From: Chrysochromulina tobinii
Lineage: Eukaryota
Assembly (NCBI GenBank): GCA_001275005.1
Contig: JWZX01002262.1
Span: 1 to 36,127, forward strand
Length of the DNA stretch: 36,127 nucleotides
Direction: 5' to 3'
A program made the translations under genes and the position numbers. How positions within the stretch are numbered: position 1 is the first letter of the stretch; each line of letters starts with the position of its first letter. A model generated the notes under the pieces. It saw only the letters and a program-made list of their open reading frames with translations. It was not told where the DNA came from and did not search any database. Of this stretch, positions 20,475 through 31,373 are shown one piece after another.

Positions 20475-22925
20475 CGCCGCGTACATGCCCTCGCGCTGGC
20501 TCTGGTAGAGCCGGTCGTCGCTCTGCATGTCCTCGATCATGACCATGGCAGCGTCCTGCATCATTCGAAGCGCCTCGACTTCCTCGTCCTGAAGGTGGCT
20601 GCTGCACAGCTGGTCGAGGTCGAACAGCGCCCAGACCTCACCGCGCTGGCACGCGAGCAGCAGATCGTCCGACACGGGCACTTCCTTCTGGAGGAGCACC
20701 TCGAGGCGCAGCGCCGTCTTGGCCGCGCGCTTCATCACTTCAGTCTCCTCCGGCTTGAGCTCTTTGAGCTCTGCCAAATCGATCTGCTCTCCGAGCAGCT
20801 CCGTCACGCGCTCCTCGTCGACGGGCACGAGCATGCCCCCGGCCGCGTGCATGGCCACGCGCCGGGCGCGCCGCTCAGCGAGCAGCTCTTCGTACTCCTC
20901 GGTGACCAACATCTCCTGCAAGTAGAGATCGAGTGCGCCCATGTCAACGGGTGGCTGCTGGCCCGTCTTCGTCTCAAAAAGGCTTGCGCGCGCTCGCCGC
21001 TTCGCTTTCATGAGTGCACCGCGCGTGTACGGCGGCAGGTCGGAAGCGACCGTCACCGCGAGCTGCACGTGGTCCATCGAGGGCGCGAGAATGCCGTGGT
21101 CGGAGAGCGCGCTCACGCGCCCGGCTATGAGCTCACCAGTGAGCTGCAGTCGCTCCTCCGCGTCCAGATGCACCTCGCACAGGCGCATGATCTCATCGCC
21201 GTAGGTCGCCATGTCCTTCTCGAGATGTGCGAGCTGCGCCTCTTGCATGTCGGACGGCAGACCGCCCTTGTTCGCGTGCTCGCGTAGCTTCATGACGCGC
21301 ATGCCGAGCTCGAGCCGGTCGAGTAGCTGCAGCTCGGGGATTGAGAGCGAGCGCTTGATCACTTCCTCGAGCTTCCCGTCTAGCGCGTTGATCGGCAGCG
21401 GAACGAAGTGCTTCGCGAGCGCGCGCATCTCGGCCGCTACTTCATTTGAGCGAAGCGCCTCGAACTCCGCAGGCGGGAGCAGTTTACGCAGCTGCGTCTC
21501 GATGGCCGCATCATCGTACGGGATGTCGATGGCCTCACCGCCGAGCATCTTGATGGCCTTGTCAATGTCATCGGCGAGGAGGCTTGCGAGCTGCTCAGGC
21601 GAGAAACGCGACCTCAACTGCTCCTCCATGGCGGGCTCGTCCACTGGGATGTGCAAGTCGCGCTTCTGTAGCGTGCGGATGCGCGTATCGAGACGCGCGC
21701 GTTCGGCCGCCGCCATGGCCGCATCGAACATACGCTCGCAGTCAGAAGAGAAGGAGGGCGAGTTGAACCAGTCGGTGAGCCGCCCCGCGCCGCTGCCCAT
21801 GCCGCCCGCGCCGCCCGCGCTACCCGCGCCGCTGACCGCTGCACCCACCGCTTGAGCCGCCATCTGCGCCGCCACCACAGCTTCGTCCGCCGCATCATTG
21901 AGCTGCGTGAGCAGCACCTCCTGGCGCTCGAGCTCCTCGTGTCCCTCGGACGTGATGGTGCCGTTAGTGAGCTGCGCCTGCAGCTCGCCGACACGCTCTC
22001 GCATCGCCTTCGCCTCCATCGCCTTGACCTCCGCCTCGTTCGCCTTGGCCTCCGCCTCTGCCTGCAGCTTAAGCACATCCTGCGAGCTGCCGCCGCCGCT
22101 CTGGCGCCCGACGCCGCCGCCCGCGGCCGATCCAACACCGCTCTCGCGCGCGCCGCCACCGCCTCCGCGGCCTCCGCCGCCGCCGCCACCCCCGACCGCA
22201 CCAATTGCCTCCTTCATGTTTGCGGCGAACGACTGCTTGCGCTGCGCCGCCGCGATCGCGCTCGGGTTGAGCTCGTTGGGCACTGGTACCCCTCGGTCGC
22301 GCATGACGTCGCGCAGCTTCTGCGAGACGTCTTCGGCGCTCTGCGCCTTCTTCTTCCACGCGTCGACGCGCGCCTTGTCTTGCGCCTTGTCTTGCGCCGC
22401 CTCTGCCAGCTCGCGTTTTGCCTCGTCCAGTTTAGCGGTTACTACTTCGTGCAACCGCTCGGCGGCCGTGATGCGGCTGACTAGATCGCTCTTCTCGGCA
22501 ACGAATTTCTGCATCGTGGCTGTTTTCTCCGCGCGCTCCGCATCGAGCGCGAATGACAAGACCTCGTTTCGCTCGCCGAGTTCCTTATTGGTCTTCTCGA
22601 GCTGCGCGACATACGTGACGTATCTTGCGAGGCGCTCATTGAGGCCAAGCACCCGCGTGGCGTCGCCCTGCAGCGCTTCGATGTCCGAGTTGGGCACGAG
22701 CTTCATCGAGCTGAGCGGCACGCCCGAATCCTTGAGCTTGTTAAGCTCCACAGCCAGCGTTGCGGGTGTCCGCATCGTCGGGCGTGCGGGCCCACTTGGC
22801 GCTGTCTCGTCAAGCTCGCTCTTGGAGGCCTCGTCCTCGTCCCGATGCCATGGGAAGGCGTCTCTGCGGACGTTGCTTCCCTGGCTGTTATAGTCGGAGC
22901 GGTAGTTCGTGGCACTGCCGAACAT
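18318..22925 (-). CDS. Giant lamin/intermediate-filament-like protein with two C-terminal ubiquitin-like domains, about 1535 aa
   Basis: Single open frame from ATG 22925. Coil-1A-like LNERLARYVTYVAQLEKTNKEL (22578-22643); coil-2-like RLREAIEELRRQ...KREQLERAIKQYEMILNA (about 19387-19730); Ubl-like TIAYLKRQVATQL..LHDDTII and TTVRELQEIVA..KLSPTKTLQQAQVIDDDILYLAI. The CDS is secure; the family call is inference. Confidence 0.7.
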
Positions 22926-23234
22926 CTGGGCCTCACAGTGACGAACGCCGCTCTGCCACTCCACACCCACGACCGCCCACAGGCAGAAAAAGCACGAAGG
23001 TGCGCAGCGCAGGAGCAGCGTCGGACCCCTTTCCCTATTTGTCCGTGGAGGGATCGATACCGGTACGACGCCTTACCATCCGCGTTGCGAAGGTATGATT
23101 TTGCTTTTTACTCAGACAATCAGTCTGTCAGTTATGCTGCGGTCCCCCCGCGCTCACCGCACTCCCGGTCTCAAAGGACGGCTCAGCTTGCTTTTGTGTT
23201 ATCTTATCGGACTGCGCGCGGACAAAACCGTGCG

Positions 23235-24984
23235 TCACTCATCGTCTGCATCATTAGCCTCATCGCCCGCGCCCATCTGCGCCACCTGCGCCAGAGCGGC
23301 CCGCAGCACCCGCCTTTGGCCATCTCGGTAGGCGGCGACGTACCCGGCGCAGCTCTGCTCGTCAGCAGCGGCGGCGTCGGCCGCCTCGGTCGGCAGTAGC
23401 GGCTGCAGTCGCGCTTGCAGGGTGCCCACAAGGAGATCGAGTTCATCAGGCGTGAGCGAAGGCCCTTCAGAAGGATCGTCCATACCGATCACAGAGAGTG
23501 CCAAGAACAACTCGGCAGGCAGCGCGCCACCACCACTCGCAGCCTCCTCGCCCTCCTCGCCCTCCTCGCCCTCCTCGCCCTCCTCGCCCTCCTCGCCCTC
23601 CTCGCCCTCCTCGCCCTCCTCGCCCTTCCCGCCCTTCCCGCCCTTCCCGTCGGCCGTCACATGAAGTTCAAACGGCCCTATGAGGAGAGCGCCGTCGGCC
23701 TCACGCGTCGTGTAGGGCACTCCATGCTCCTCGAGTAACCGCCGCCGCTCCGCCGCAAGCGCCGTGTCGGGCGTGGGCGCGCAGCCGACCACCACCCCCT
23801 CGACGGCGTCCAATGGGTTGCCGCGCACCGCGAAACCGTAGGTGAAGAGCAGCTCCTCGTTGCCTTTGGCTCCGTAGTTGTTGTGCAGCGGCGCGCCTTT
23901 CGGAACTGGCGCGCGGCAGCGGAAGCGCACACCGCCGCGTCCCGCCTCCCAAACGATCGGGTGGCCACACTTGTGCTCGAACATGTCGAAGAGTGGAAGC
24001 ATGCACCCCAGGTTGCCCGCAGCTGTCTCATCCTCGTGCTCCAGCTGCAGAGCCCGCGACACCTGCGCGTCCACCTCGTCCGCCTCGTCCGCCCCGCCCG
24101 CGCCTGCGCCTGCGCCCGACACGTCCCCGCTCGCACCCTCACCAACATTTTGATGCGTGGCCTCAGCTGATCCGAGCGTGTCCTCGTGTTTGTCCTCGGC
24201 CTTGGTCTCCAACGAATCGGTCACAGCTTTCGGCGCACTCGCGCTCGTCGCCGCCGAGACGTGCGCCGATCCGAGCGCCCCTGGTGCCGCCCATATCACT
24301 TTTGGAGGCCCGCTCCCTCCATGCACCACCCGCAGCGGCGCGTCCACCTCCGTGGATGCGAGCACCTCGTGCATCAGATCCTGCTGCGCGGCATCGACGA
24401 GCGGGCGCGGGAAGCAGCGCGACAGGTGAACGCCACGCGCCCAGAGCACATCGTCGAAGGACACGTACTTGCTCTGCCGTTCGACCCCGGGTTGTAGCCG
24501 CGGCGCGACGCGATCGTACTCAGACTTGAGCAGCTGACGCTGCCGATGGACTTGCTTGCCCATCGGCGTGCCATCCAGGAGCGCGCGGTTCTCGTCGCTC
24601 CACGAGCAAGGGTCGGGCGCCTCACATGGCAATGCAGCAAGGTATGGATGATGGAAGTGGGCTTCGTCCTTGGCCGCCGCCGCGAGGCTGAACCAGAATG
24701 CAAAGTTGGGCGTGGCGCCCACGCGTGTGGCACGCAACAGCGATCGGGTCGTCGCGGAGCACGGCGATCGGGTCGAGGATGCAGTGCCGAGGCAGAAAGC
24801 CGATGGGTTCATTTTCCTTGAATGGCCGAGTGGCAAAGAGGCCAAGGCCTCCATCGCCATGCGATGATTCTCGACACTCGATACCATCGAGCACAGCCTT
24901 ATTTGTTTCGAGCCATCGCCATAAACCAGCCACGGGGCTTGACTGCGTCGGACAAACGGCTCCTCGCTTCCTTTTTGTCGACAT
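23235..24984 (-). CDS. Rubisco-LSMT/SETD3-type SET-domain methyltransferase with an apparent frameshift near 24715-24740
   Basis: The N-terminal frame (ATG 24984) has LWRWLETN..GLGLFATRPFKENEPIGFLPRHCIL. The second frame has HPYLAALP..W, VLWARGVHLSRCF, MLPLFDMFEH and NNYGAKGNEELLFTYGF..NPLD. Confidence 0.8.
23543..23648. repeat. 9-bp coding minisatellite encoding (GKG)n(GEE)n
   Basis: Tandem ccctcctcg and cccttcccg units. Confidence 0.9.
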
Positions 24985-25171
24985 GGAGGTGGCCCGCGTC
25001 GGCCGTCGCGCTGGCCCGCGTCGCGCGCGGCCTCGGTGTGAATTGGGCTTACCGGTACTTGTTAACAGTGAAAAGAGACACAGAGAAGAACTGCAACCAA
25101 ACCTGAATTGGGTGCTCCTCGGCCTGGTGTGAATCTTGTTGTGAATTTGCTGTGAAAACCAATTCTTGGTT

Positions 25172-26907
25172 TCACACCAAGAAAACCCTTCGGAGCAGCA
25201 AAAGGCGCCTCACGCCTACGTGGCCGCCCTCTCGCCAGATAAGCTCGTGGAAAAAGGCGCGGTGCACTGCAAAGCCGAGCCGCTCAAGCGTCGCCCGCAC
25301 CTCGGGCACAGCGTACATCTCGTCGAAGAGGGCCACGTGCGTGGGCAGCGGCCGGGCCGGCCGGTGCCACCAGCGCTGACGGTACCTGGCGGCCACTGCG
25401 GGTCCGGGCGCGCTCAGGAAGCAATCGCACTCGTTGGCGCAGCCTGGCGCGCTTGATGGGTAGCGTCGGCGCAGCACGGAGCTTGGGACGGCGTGTTCGA
25501 AGCCGGCGTTCAACATGGCGCTCGAGGGTGGAGTCGGCAGCACTTCAAGCCCAGGAGGTGGGCAAGGTAGCATGCTCAGCGGGATCGGTGCATGCAGCTG
25601 CACGTAGGCTGGCGTTTGGTGGCAGCGCGTAAGAAGGTCGAGGTGTCCGAGACGGCCAGCGCCTAGCTCGGCACGCGCTTCGGCCATCAGCGCGATCGGC
25701 GCACTCTGGTGCCATGCCGACAGGTAGATGATCGGCAGCGCATTGAAAATGGTTAGCCCTAGGATCCACCATCGTCGCTGCGAGGGAGGCGCTGCGTGCA
25801 GGGCGCTCCCAGCGTACGCGAGCAGCAACGGGTGCAACAGGGGCAAGACGAACCGGAGCTCTTTGTGTGGTGCCAGCGAGAGGGCGCCCAATGCCGTGGC
25901 TGCGGCCCATGCAGGCGCTCGTGCCCATCGTCCTCGTGCGCGCCAGAGGCCAAGCAAAACCAGAGGTGCATGTGCTCCGAGCGCCGCGGGCAGGGCTGCG
26001 CTCAGGTACCAATGCCACGGGTGCGTGCCGTAGTAGGCGCTGCCTCCGGTGAGCAGATTAAACTTGACGAATCGCGCTGCCGCGAAGAGCCATCGACCGT
26101 AGCACAGGCGATCCACCACCAGCGTCAAGGCCGCGACCACCGTGCAGGCCACGAGGGCCATTGCGAGTGCTGAGGCAGCAGCAAGTCGCGAGGTACACGT
26201 GGCCGCGTAGGTTGCGAGGAGTGGGAGTAAGATGATCGCGGCGGTCGGGCGCACAGCAAGCGCGAGGGCGCCCACGCTCGACGCAGCGAGCAGTCGGCCG
26301 CTTACGAGGCGGACACGGGCAGTGTTGGAAGGCGGTGGCGCCAGCGTGAGCGCAGCGCCGACCAGAGCCGCCTCCGCACACGATGAGTACGTGCGCACGC
26401 CGCAATACCAGATGAACCAGGAGGTTGATGAGCATAAAATTGCGTCCAGTCCAGCGCCGGGACATATGTGCCGCTCAGTGAGCACGCCGAGAGCAATGTC
26501 ACTGCCGGCGAGAACAGCCGCCTGAAAGAGTCTCGGCGTGTGGGCGATGACGTCGGGCGTGTCCAGGCCGACCGCCTTCAGCATGCGAAAGAGTGCAGCA
26601 AACGGCAGCACATGCATGTAGCTGCGCACGGCGTAGATCCATTCCCATGTCAGGATTCCATAGCCAAAGACAAGTTGATGCGCTACCTCACCTGCTTGCC
26701 AGTTCTCGTCGGGGTCATGCTGCACAGGGATGGGCGCACCATGAGTAAGCTTGGGCCATATCTATTTTGTTCACGGCCCGTTTGTTTTGTGCACAACCCG
26801 TTTGTGGGTGCGGCTCACACCTGCGTCTGCACGAGCATCGCGTTGAGCACGCGGAACAGCAATAGGATTGCGCAAAGCTTCTTTGCATTCTGCGCGAGCC
26901 ACGCCAT
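25172..26907 (-). CDS. PIGB: GPI mannosyltransferase 3 (PIG-B/Gpi10, GT22), about 544 aa, 2 exons
   Basis: Exons 26907-26821 and 26719-25172, intron 26820-26720 (GT..AG). Spliced product [42 protein letters not shown]..RSY, plus RTYSSCAE, VRPT, YYGTHPWHWY, HKELRFVLP and CHQTP. Confidence 0.92.
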
Positions 26908-26985
26908 GTCGGCGACGGCGCAAAGCGGCCAGCCGGCCAAACTGTCGCGCGTTGTGGGTGTGAAGCGACGATGAACTGTGAACCT

Positions 26986-27061
26986 ATGTTTGCGAAAAGG
27001 TCAGTTGAACCGACACACGCGACATGTTTTCGAAAAAGTTCAGTTGAATTGACACACGCGA
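26986..27061. repeat. 38-bp imperfect tandem duplication upstream of PIG-B
   Basis: atgtttgcgaaaaggtcagttgaaccgacacacgcgac followed by atgttttcgaaaaagttcagttgaattgacacacgcga. Confidence 0.8.
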
Positions 27062-27175
27062 GCGCGCCCCGACCAGCCACTTCCACACGAAACACAGACT
27101 GGGGGTGACTGGCGGCTGGCGCATGGTGTTGGTTTTAGGGGGGGGCTTCGTTAGCCGTTCCCAAATAGGAATCTG

Positions 27176-29410
27176 TCACGCGCATTTTTTCCGGAAGAGC
27201 TCCATTTGCTCCAAAGTCAAGCCCTCAAGATCTGTTGCAACCTTGGCTTCTTGCATAACGGTGCGTATCATCAACGTGCACATGTGATCGACGAGCCGGA
27301 AGACGGGCTGATTCAAGGGCTCGTCCGAACGGCGCATATTCTGCGAGAGAAATGCAGCATATTCAGCTGGCCGATCGTTCCGCAGAGTGAGGATCATCGC
27401 GCCGGCGTCCTCGAAGCCGTGCTCGTAGATTTGCATGTCAGTCGGCAGGCACATAAAGCACGCGCAGTGCACAATAACCTCCAGAAAGTCCTCGAAGCAG
27501 ATCTGGTGCACCTTTCTGCGAGAGGCCAGTTTACGATCATCGAGGACTCGCATGCGGCTCCACGTAAATGCGAGGTCCTGCTCTGTCGTAGTGAAGTCGT
27601 TGCCGATCAGCTTGAAATCTTTGACCATGTCCTTCCATTCTACATAACTGAGAATCTTGAGGTCGTCCATCTGATCGCCAACATGTCCTTCGCCGCGTGC
27701 GTAAATCGTAAAGATGGCCATCAAGCTCTCTTTGTAGCTCTGAAGGATGTCATCCACGTCTTGAATATAGCAGTGCTCGTTGCGATACATTCGCCTATCG
27801 TAGAGGGCGTGGCGGTTTACATGGGGCAAAAACTTGAAGTTGATGAGCTGGCGGAGAGCCGCTGGGACGCTGGTAAACTCGCCAGTGGACACGAAGCGCA
27901 AGACGGCCATGCGCACTAGCATCTCTATCCACTCTCGCCGGTCGAGCATGCGCCCCTTTTTCTGCATGCCGGCTTCATCTGTGCCAGCATTCACCAGGAT
28001 GAAGAGTTGATCGAACGCCGTCAGGTTGCACGTCTTCGACCCTGGGACGTAGATGTCGCAGTCGTCGATGAGTGCCTTGAACGCGTTTAGGTTCATGTGG
28101 AAAATGTCGTCCGTCGAACCGAGCGTAGAATAGAAGTCATAGATGCTATAAATGAGCTCAGCATTATCCCACAGGACGTCAAAGCATGCGCTTATGCAGT
28201 GCGCCGACTCGTCCTGTTTCATCAAGAATCCCCTCGTATTGTGACTGACCAAGCACAGCTCCCAATCTAGTTCTAAGCACGATCGAAGAAACGCCTCGGT
28301 CTCGTGGTAGTCTCTCGACTCCGCCCAGGCCTTACGAGGCTTCCAAATCGACTTGTCGAGGGACCACGGCTGCACCACCGCCTCCACCTTCTCGACACTC
28401 TTAAACTGACGGACGACGATGTCGGGAATTTCCCCGGCAAGTTCGGGAACGAAGTATCGATCGTTCGCAACGTCGCGCAGCGCCCGGTTGAACACTCTGT
28501 GCTGCTCGTCCGTCGTCGGTCGTCGTCCTGCGACTTTCAACTGTCTCTCCGCGCGCTCTTGGTGCTTGTAGTGCGCTTCGTCGAACACTTGAGCTGCAAC
28601 GATTGCGTGTTCCGGCATCTTCCACCAGCGGGGCGCCTTCGACCGTAGCGCTGGTCTCGAGATTATACCTTTACGCACAAGCAGCGCTGACAATGTCGTT
28701 GAACGGCCCGTCCTGCGTCGATAGACATTGCGTTGATAGGACTGTTGCACGAATTTTTCCACTCTGCGCCAGGCCGGGCTCCGTTCCTTCTCTGCCGGGG
28801 GCACCCATTCAGGGAGGGCCGGGGCCGGGGCCGGGGCAGGTGCGAGGGGGGAGGGGGGAGGGGGAGGGGGAGGAGTAGCAGATCGTTCCGGTCTCACGAT
28901 CCACCTCCGCCTTGCTACCATTTGGAAGCCAGATAGCTTCTTCTTCTCGGCATCGACGATCCGCAATGCAGCTTTTGTCCAGTGCTCAGCGTCTTTACCT
29001 CTCATCGGCACGGTGCACACGGTCCCAAGATCGTCTGTGAATGTCGGAGCAGGCGATTGACGAAACCAGGCGTGAGGGTACCGCTCGGCATCTGTTTGCG
29101 CTGCCAGTCCGTGAGCTGCATGCGTTTTCGCCCAAGTTGGTGCTGGCCTGTAATGAGGCACAGATCTTGGACTAGAGAGCTCGTCTTCCCGCGGCGTCGT
29201 TCTTTCCCGAATGCGTGCGCGTATCATTCGTGCCGTTTGTTGTGAAGGTGCATTACTGCGTGAGTCGTGCTCAATGGTGTCCTGCAAGGGCGGCGGAGGC
29301 CGCGGCTTCAAGGCACGTCCTCCCTGCTCAAGTACCACGGCCGGCAATGTTTGAGTGAGTGCCCAGCCGGTGATTAACTTGTCTGCCCGTTGTTGGATCA
29401 CGGCCGACAT
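27176..29410 (-). CDS. Uncharacterised protein with degenerate EF-hand-like helical pairs, about 744 aa
   Basis: Long ORF, first ATG at 29410. HMNLNAFKALIDDCDI, LDRREWIEMLVRMA, ILSYVEWKDMVKDFKLI and ICFEDFLEVIVHCA resemble EF-hand exit helices. Confidence 0.7.
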   Translation of the reverse strand: MSAVIQQRADKLITGWALTQTLPAVVLEQGGRALKPRPPPPLQDTIEHDSRSNAPSQQTARMIRARIRERTTPREDELSSPRSVPHYRPAPTWAKTHAAHGLAAQTDAERYPHAWFRQSPAPTFTDDLGTVCTVPMRGKDAEHWTKAALRIVDAEKKKLSGFQMVARRRWIVRPERSATPPPPPPPSPLAPAPAPAPALPEWVPPAEKERSPAWRRVEKFVQQSYQRNVYRRRTGRSTTLSALLVRKGIISRPALRSKAPRWWKMPEHAIVAAQVFDEAHYKHQERAERQLKVAGRRPTTDEQHRVFNRALRDVANDRYFVPELAGEIPDIVVRQFKSVEKVEAVVQPWSLDKSIWKPRKAWAESRDYHETEAFLRSCLELDWELCLVSHNTRGFLMKQDESAHCISACFDVLWDNAELIYSIYDFYSTLGSTDDIFHMNLNAFKALIDDCDIYVPGSKTCNLTAFDQLFILVNAGTDEAGMQKKGRMLDRREWIEMLVRMAVLRFVSTGEFTSVPAALRQLINFKFLPHVNRHALYDRRMYRNEHCYIQDVDDILQSYKESLMAIFTIYARGEGHVGDQMDDLKILSYVEWKDMVKDFKLIGNDFTTTEQDLAFTWSRMRVLDDRKLASRRKVHQICFEDFLEVIVHCACFMCLPTDMQIYEHGFEDAGAMILTLRNDRPAEYAAFLSQNMRRSDEPLNQPVFRLVDHMCTLMIRTVMQEAKVATDLEGLTLEQMELFRKKCA

Positions 29411-29911
29411 TTGCAGGCCGTTCGCCTCGAACGTGCGCGCAGCGCGCGCACGTGCGTGCGAGGTCGTCGGGGGCACTACCCGGTATACTGTAACTGTTGT
29501 AAGGAAACATGAAAGTTGAAACTCAATTTACTGTACCGGTAAGTGCCGGACTTGAGGCGCTCGGCGCTGTGGCGTCCTGTCGGCGGTGGCGGCCCGGAGG
29601 CCTGGACGCTGGAGACGGCTCGTGGTGGTGCCGAAAAATCATCGATTTAAAAAACGATTACGTAAATGTAAAATGATTATTTCACCCTTGCTCGTTGCTG
29701 CATCTACAGCCGTACTGCCGGCCCCTTACAATTGTACCTCCAGCGCCCGGCGCGCGCATCACACACGTCGGGCCTTCGTGCAGATCATCGTTCACAGAAT
29801 GTTGCGCGTCTCCACACTCCAGTCTGCTCTTCTCGGGCGGGATAGCCACGTCTTTCCCTCGTCTGTCCTCGCCTTTCATTCACGAGTTCTGTCCCTACAC
29901 TCGCAATGTGC

Positions 29912-31205
29912 TCATCCGGACGGTATGGCGGCAGCGGCGGCCGGCGACGCACCGGTAGCGGTGGATGGCGGCGCTCCGAGGGCTCCGCTGCCACCCGTCC
30001 GGTGGCGAAGGGTGGAGAGGCGACTGGCGCGCTGGTTCGCCCGGAGTGTGGGCACCCAGAAGGCATCGAGACGGTCGTTATCGACCATGTGCAGCGACTC
30101 GGGTGTCTGTACATCTCGGACCTCGACGCCACGGTATTTGAAGCTGACTAGGCGTCGCTCGATTTCCTGTCGCTCGCAGTAAGCGGAGGTGAGGCGGCTA
30201 AAAGGAGTCGTCGCGAGCAGCCGAAAGACCACCTGTCGGGGCGCGGGCGGGGGAGGGGGAGGGCTGAGAACGGCTGCGCGGCGAGCGTGCGCCCTGGTGG
30301 TGCACGAGCCTGGACGAGCGGGGAGCGCCAGCTCTCGTACCTCCGGGTGGTGGCCTCTGCCTTCGCCAAGCAGGTTGACGACTTTGATGTGGAGGGTGCT
30401 CAGCTGCGCGTCGGGCGGCATCGTCGGCCGCTCAGGATGCTTGCCCTTCCAATGTTTATACCAATCTTCTTTGCGCGCGTCCCACGCGCGCCGCCGCACC
30501 CTGTAGTCATCGAGCGACTCGGAGCATACCTCCTCAAGTGAGAGCGCCTCACGTATGCGGTCGAGGTAGTCGTTGAGTTGGGGCTGCAGGGCGGGCCGCT
30601 GGGGCGGCAGCGGCTGCCGGCACGTGGGGCATGTGAGTTGCTCGGCTGACGACACCTGGTCGTGATGGAAGATGCTGCGCGCAACGCGTCAAGGGCGTGG
30701 GACGGAGTCAGCAGCGTGGGAGAGGGGCAGGCATTGCATGGGGCGCTCAGGATAGGTGGCGGGCGAGCACGCACCACTGGCCGCAGAAGGTGTGCCCACA
30801 CGGAAGCACGTGCGGGCGGCACAGAAGCCCAAGGCAGACGCCGCATAAGAGCTCGTCCAGTTCCTTGGCTGCCTCCGAGCGCTGCTGCCTAACAACGCCG
30901 ACCTTCAGCCCGTAGCCAACCTTCTCGGGGACCCAACGCGCGGCCTCCTCAAGCGTGAGCAGGACCGTGCGATCGACGCGGCGCAGCGCCGAGGCGCTGC
31001 CTCCCACCACAGAATAGCTCTGGCCACCAGCATGCTCCGCCACCCGAACCAAGGACAGGGATGCATCGCCCTCACCTTCGCCCTCGTGTATTTCCAGCAC
31101 GAGACTGTCAGCTGCGAGCGGCGGTGGACCGGCGCTCGTCGCCCATTCCTCCGAAGAGCCCGCCGCGTCGAGCGGCCGCTTGCGCGAGCTCTTGCGCAGC
31201 GGCAT
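29912..31205 (-). CDS. RING-HC (C3HC4) protein with a C-terminal SUMO-like domain, about 361 aa, 3 exons
   Basis: Exons 31205-30775, 30674-30341 and 30232-29912. Splicing completes the RING CGVCLGLLCRPHVLPCGHTFCGQC...CPTCRQP and the SUMO fold LHIKVV..EVVFRLLATTPFSRLTSAYCERQ..VSFKYRG..VRDVQTPESLHMVDNDRLDAF. Confidence 0.85.
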
Positions 31206-31373
31206 GGTGCTTCCGCAGAGACAGTGAGTGGCGGACAGCCTGGTCCGTTTTCCTGTTTAACGCTCAATACAACGCGAAACGACTGCAGTCCCGCGTAGGA
31301 GGAACCGGTGTATTGGAACCGGGTTTGCAAATCGCGCATTAATTTTTTCGCTCGGCTCGACGCGCCTCTGAAC

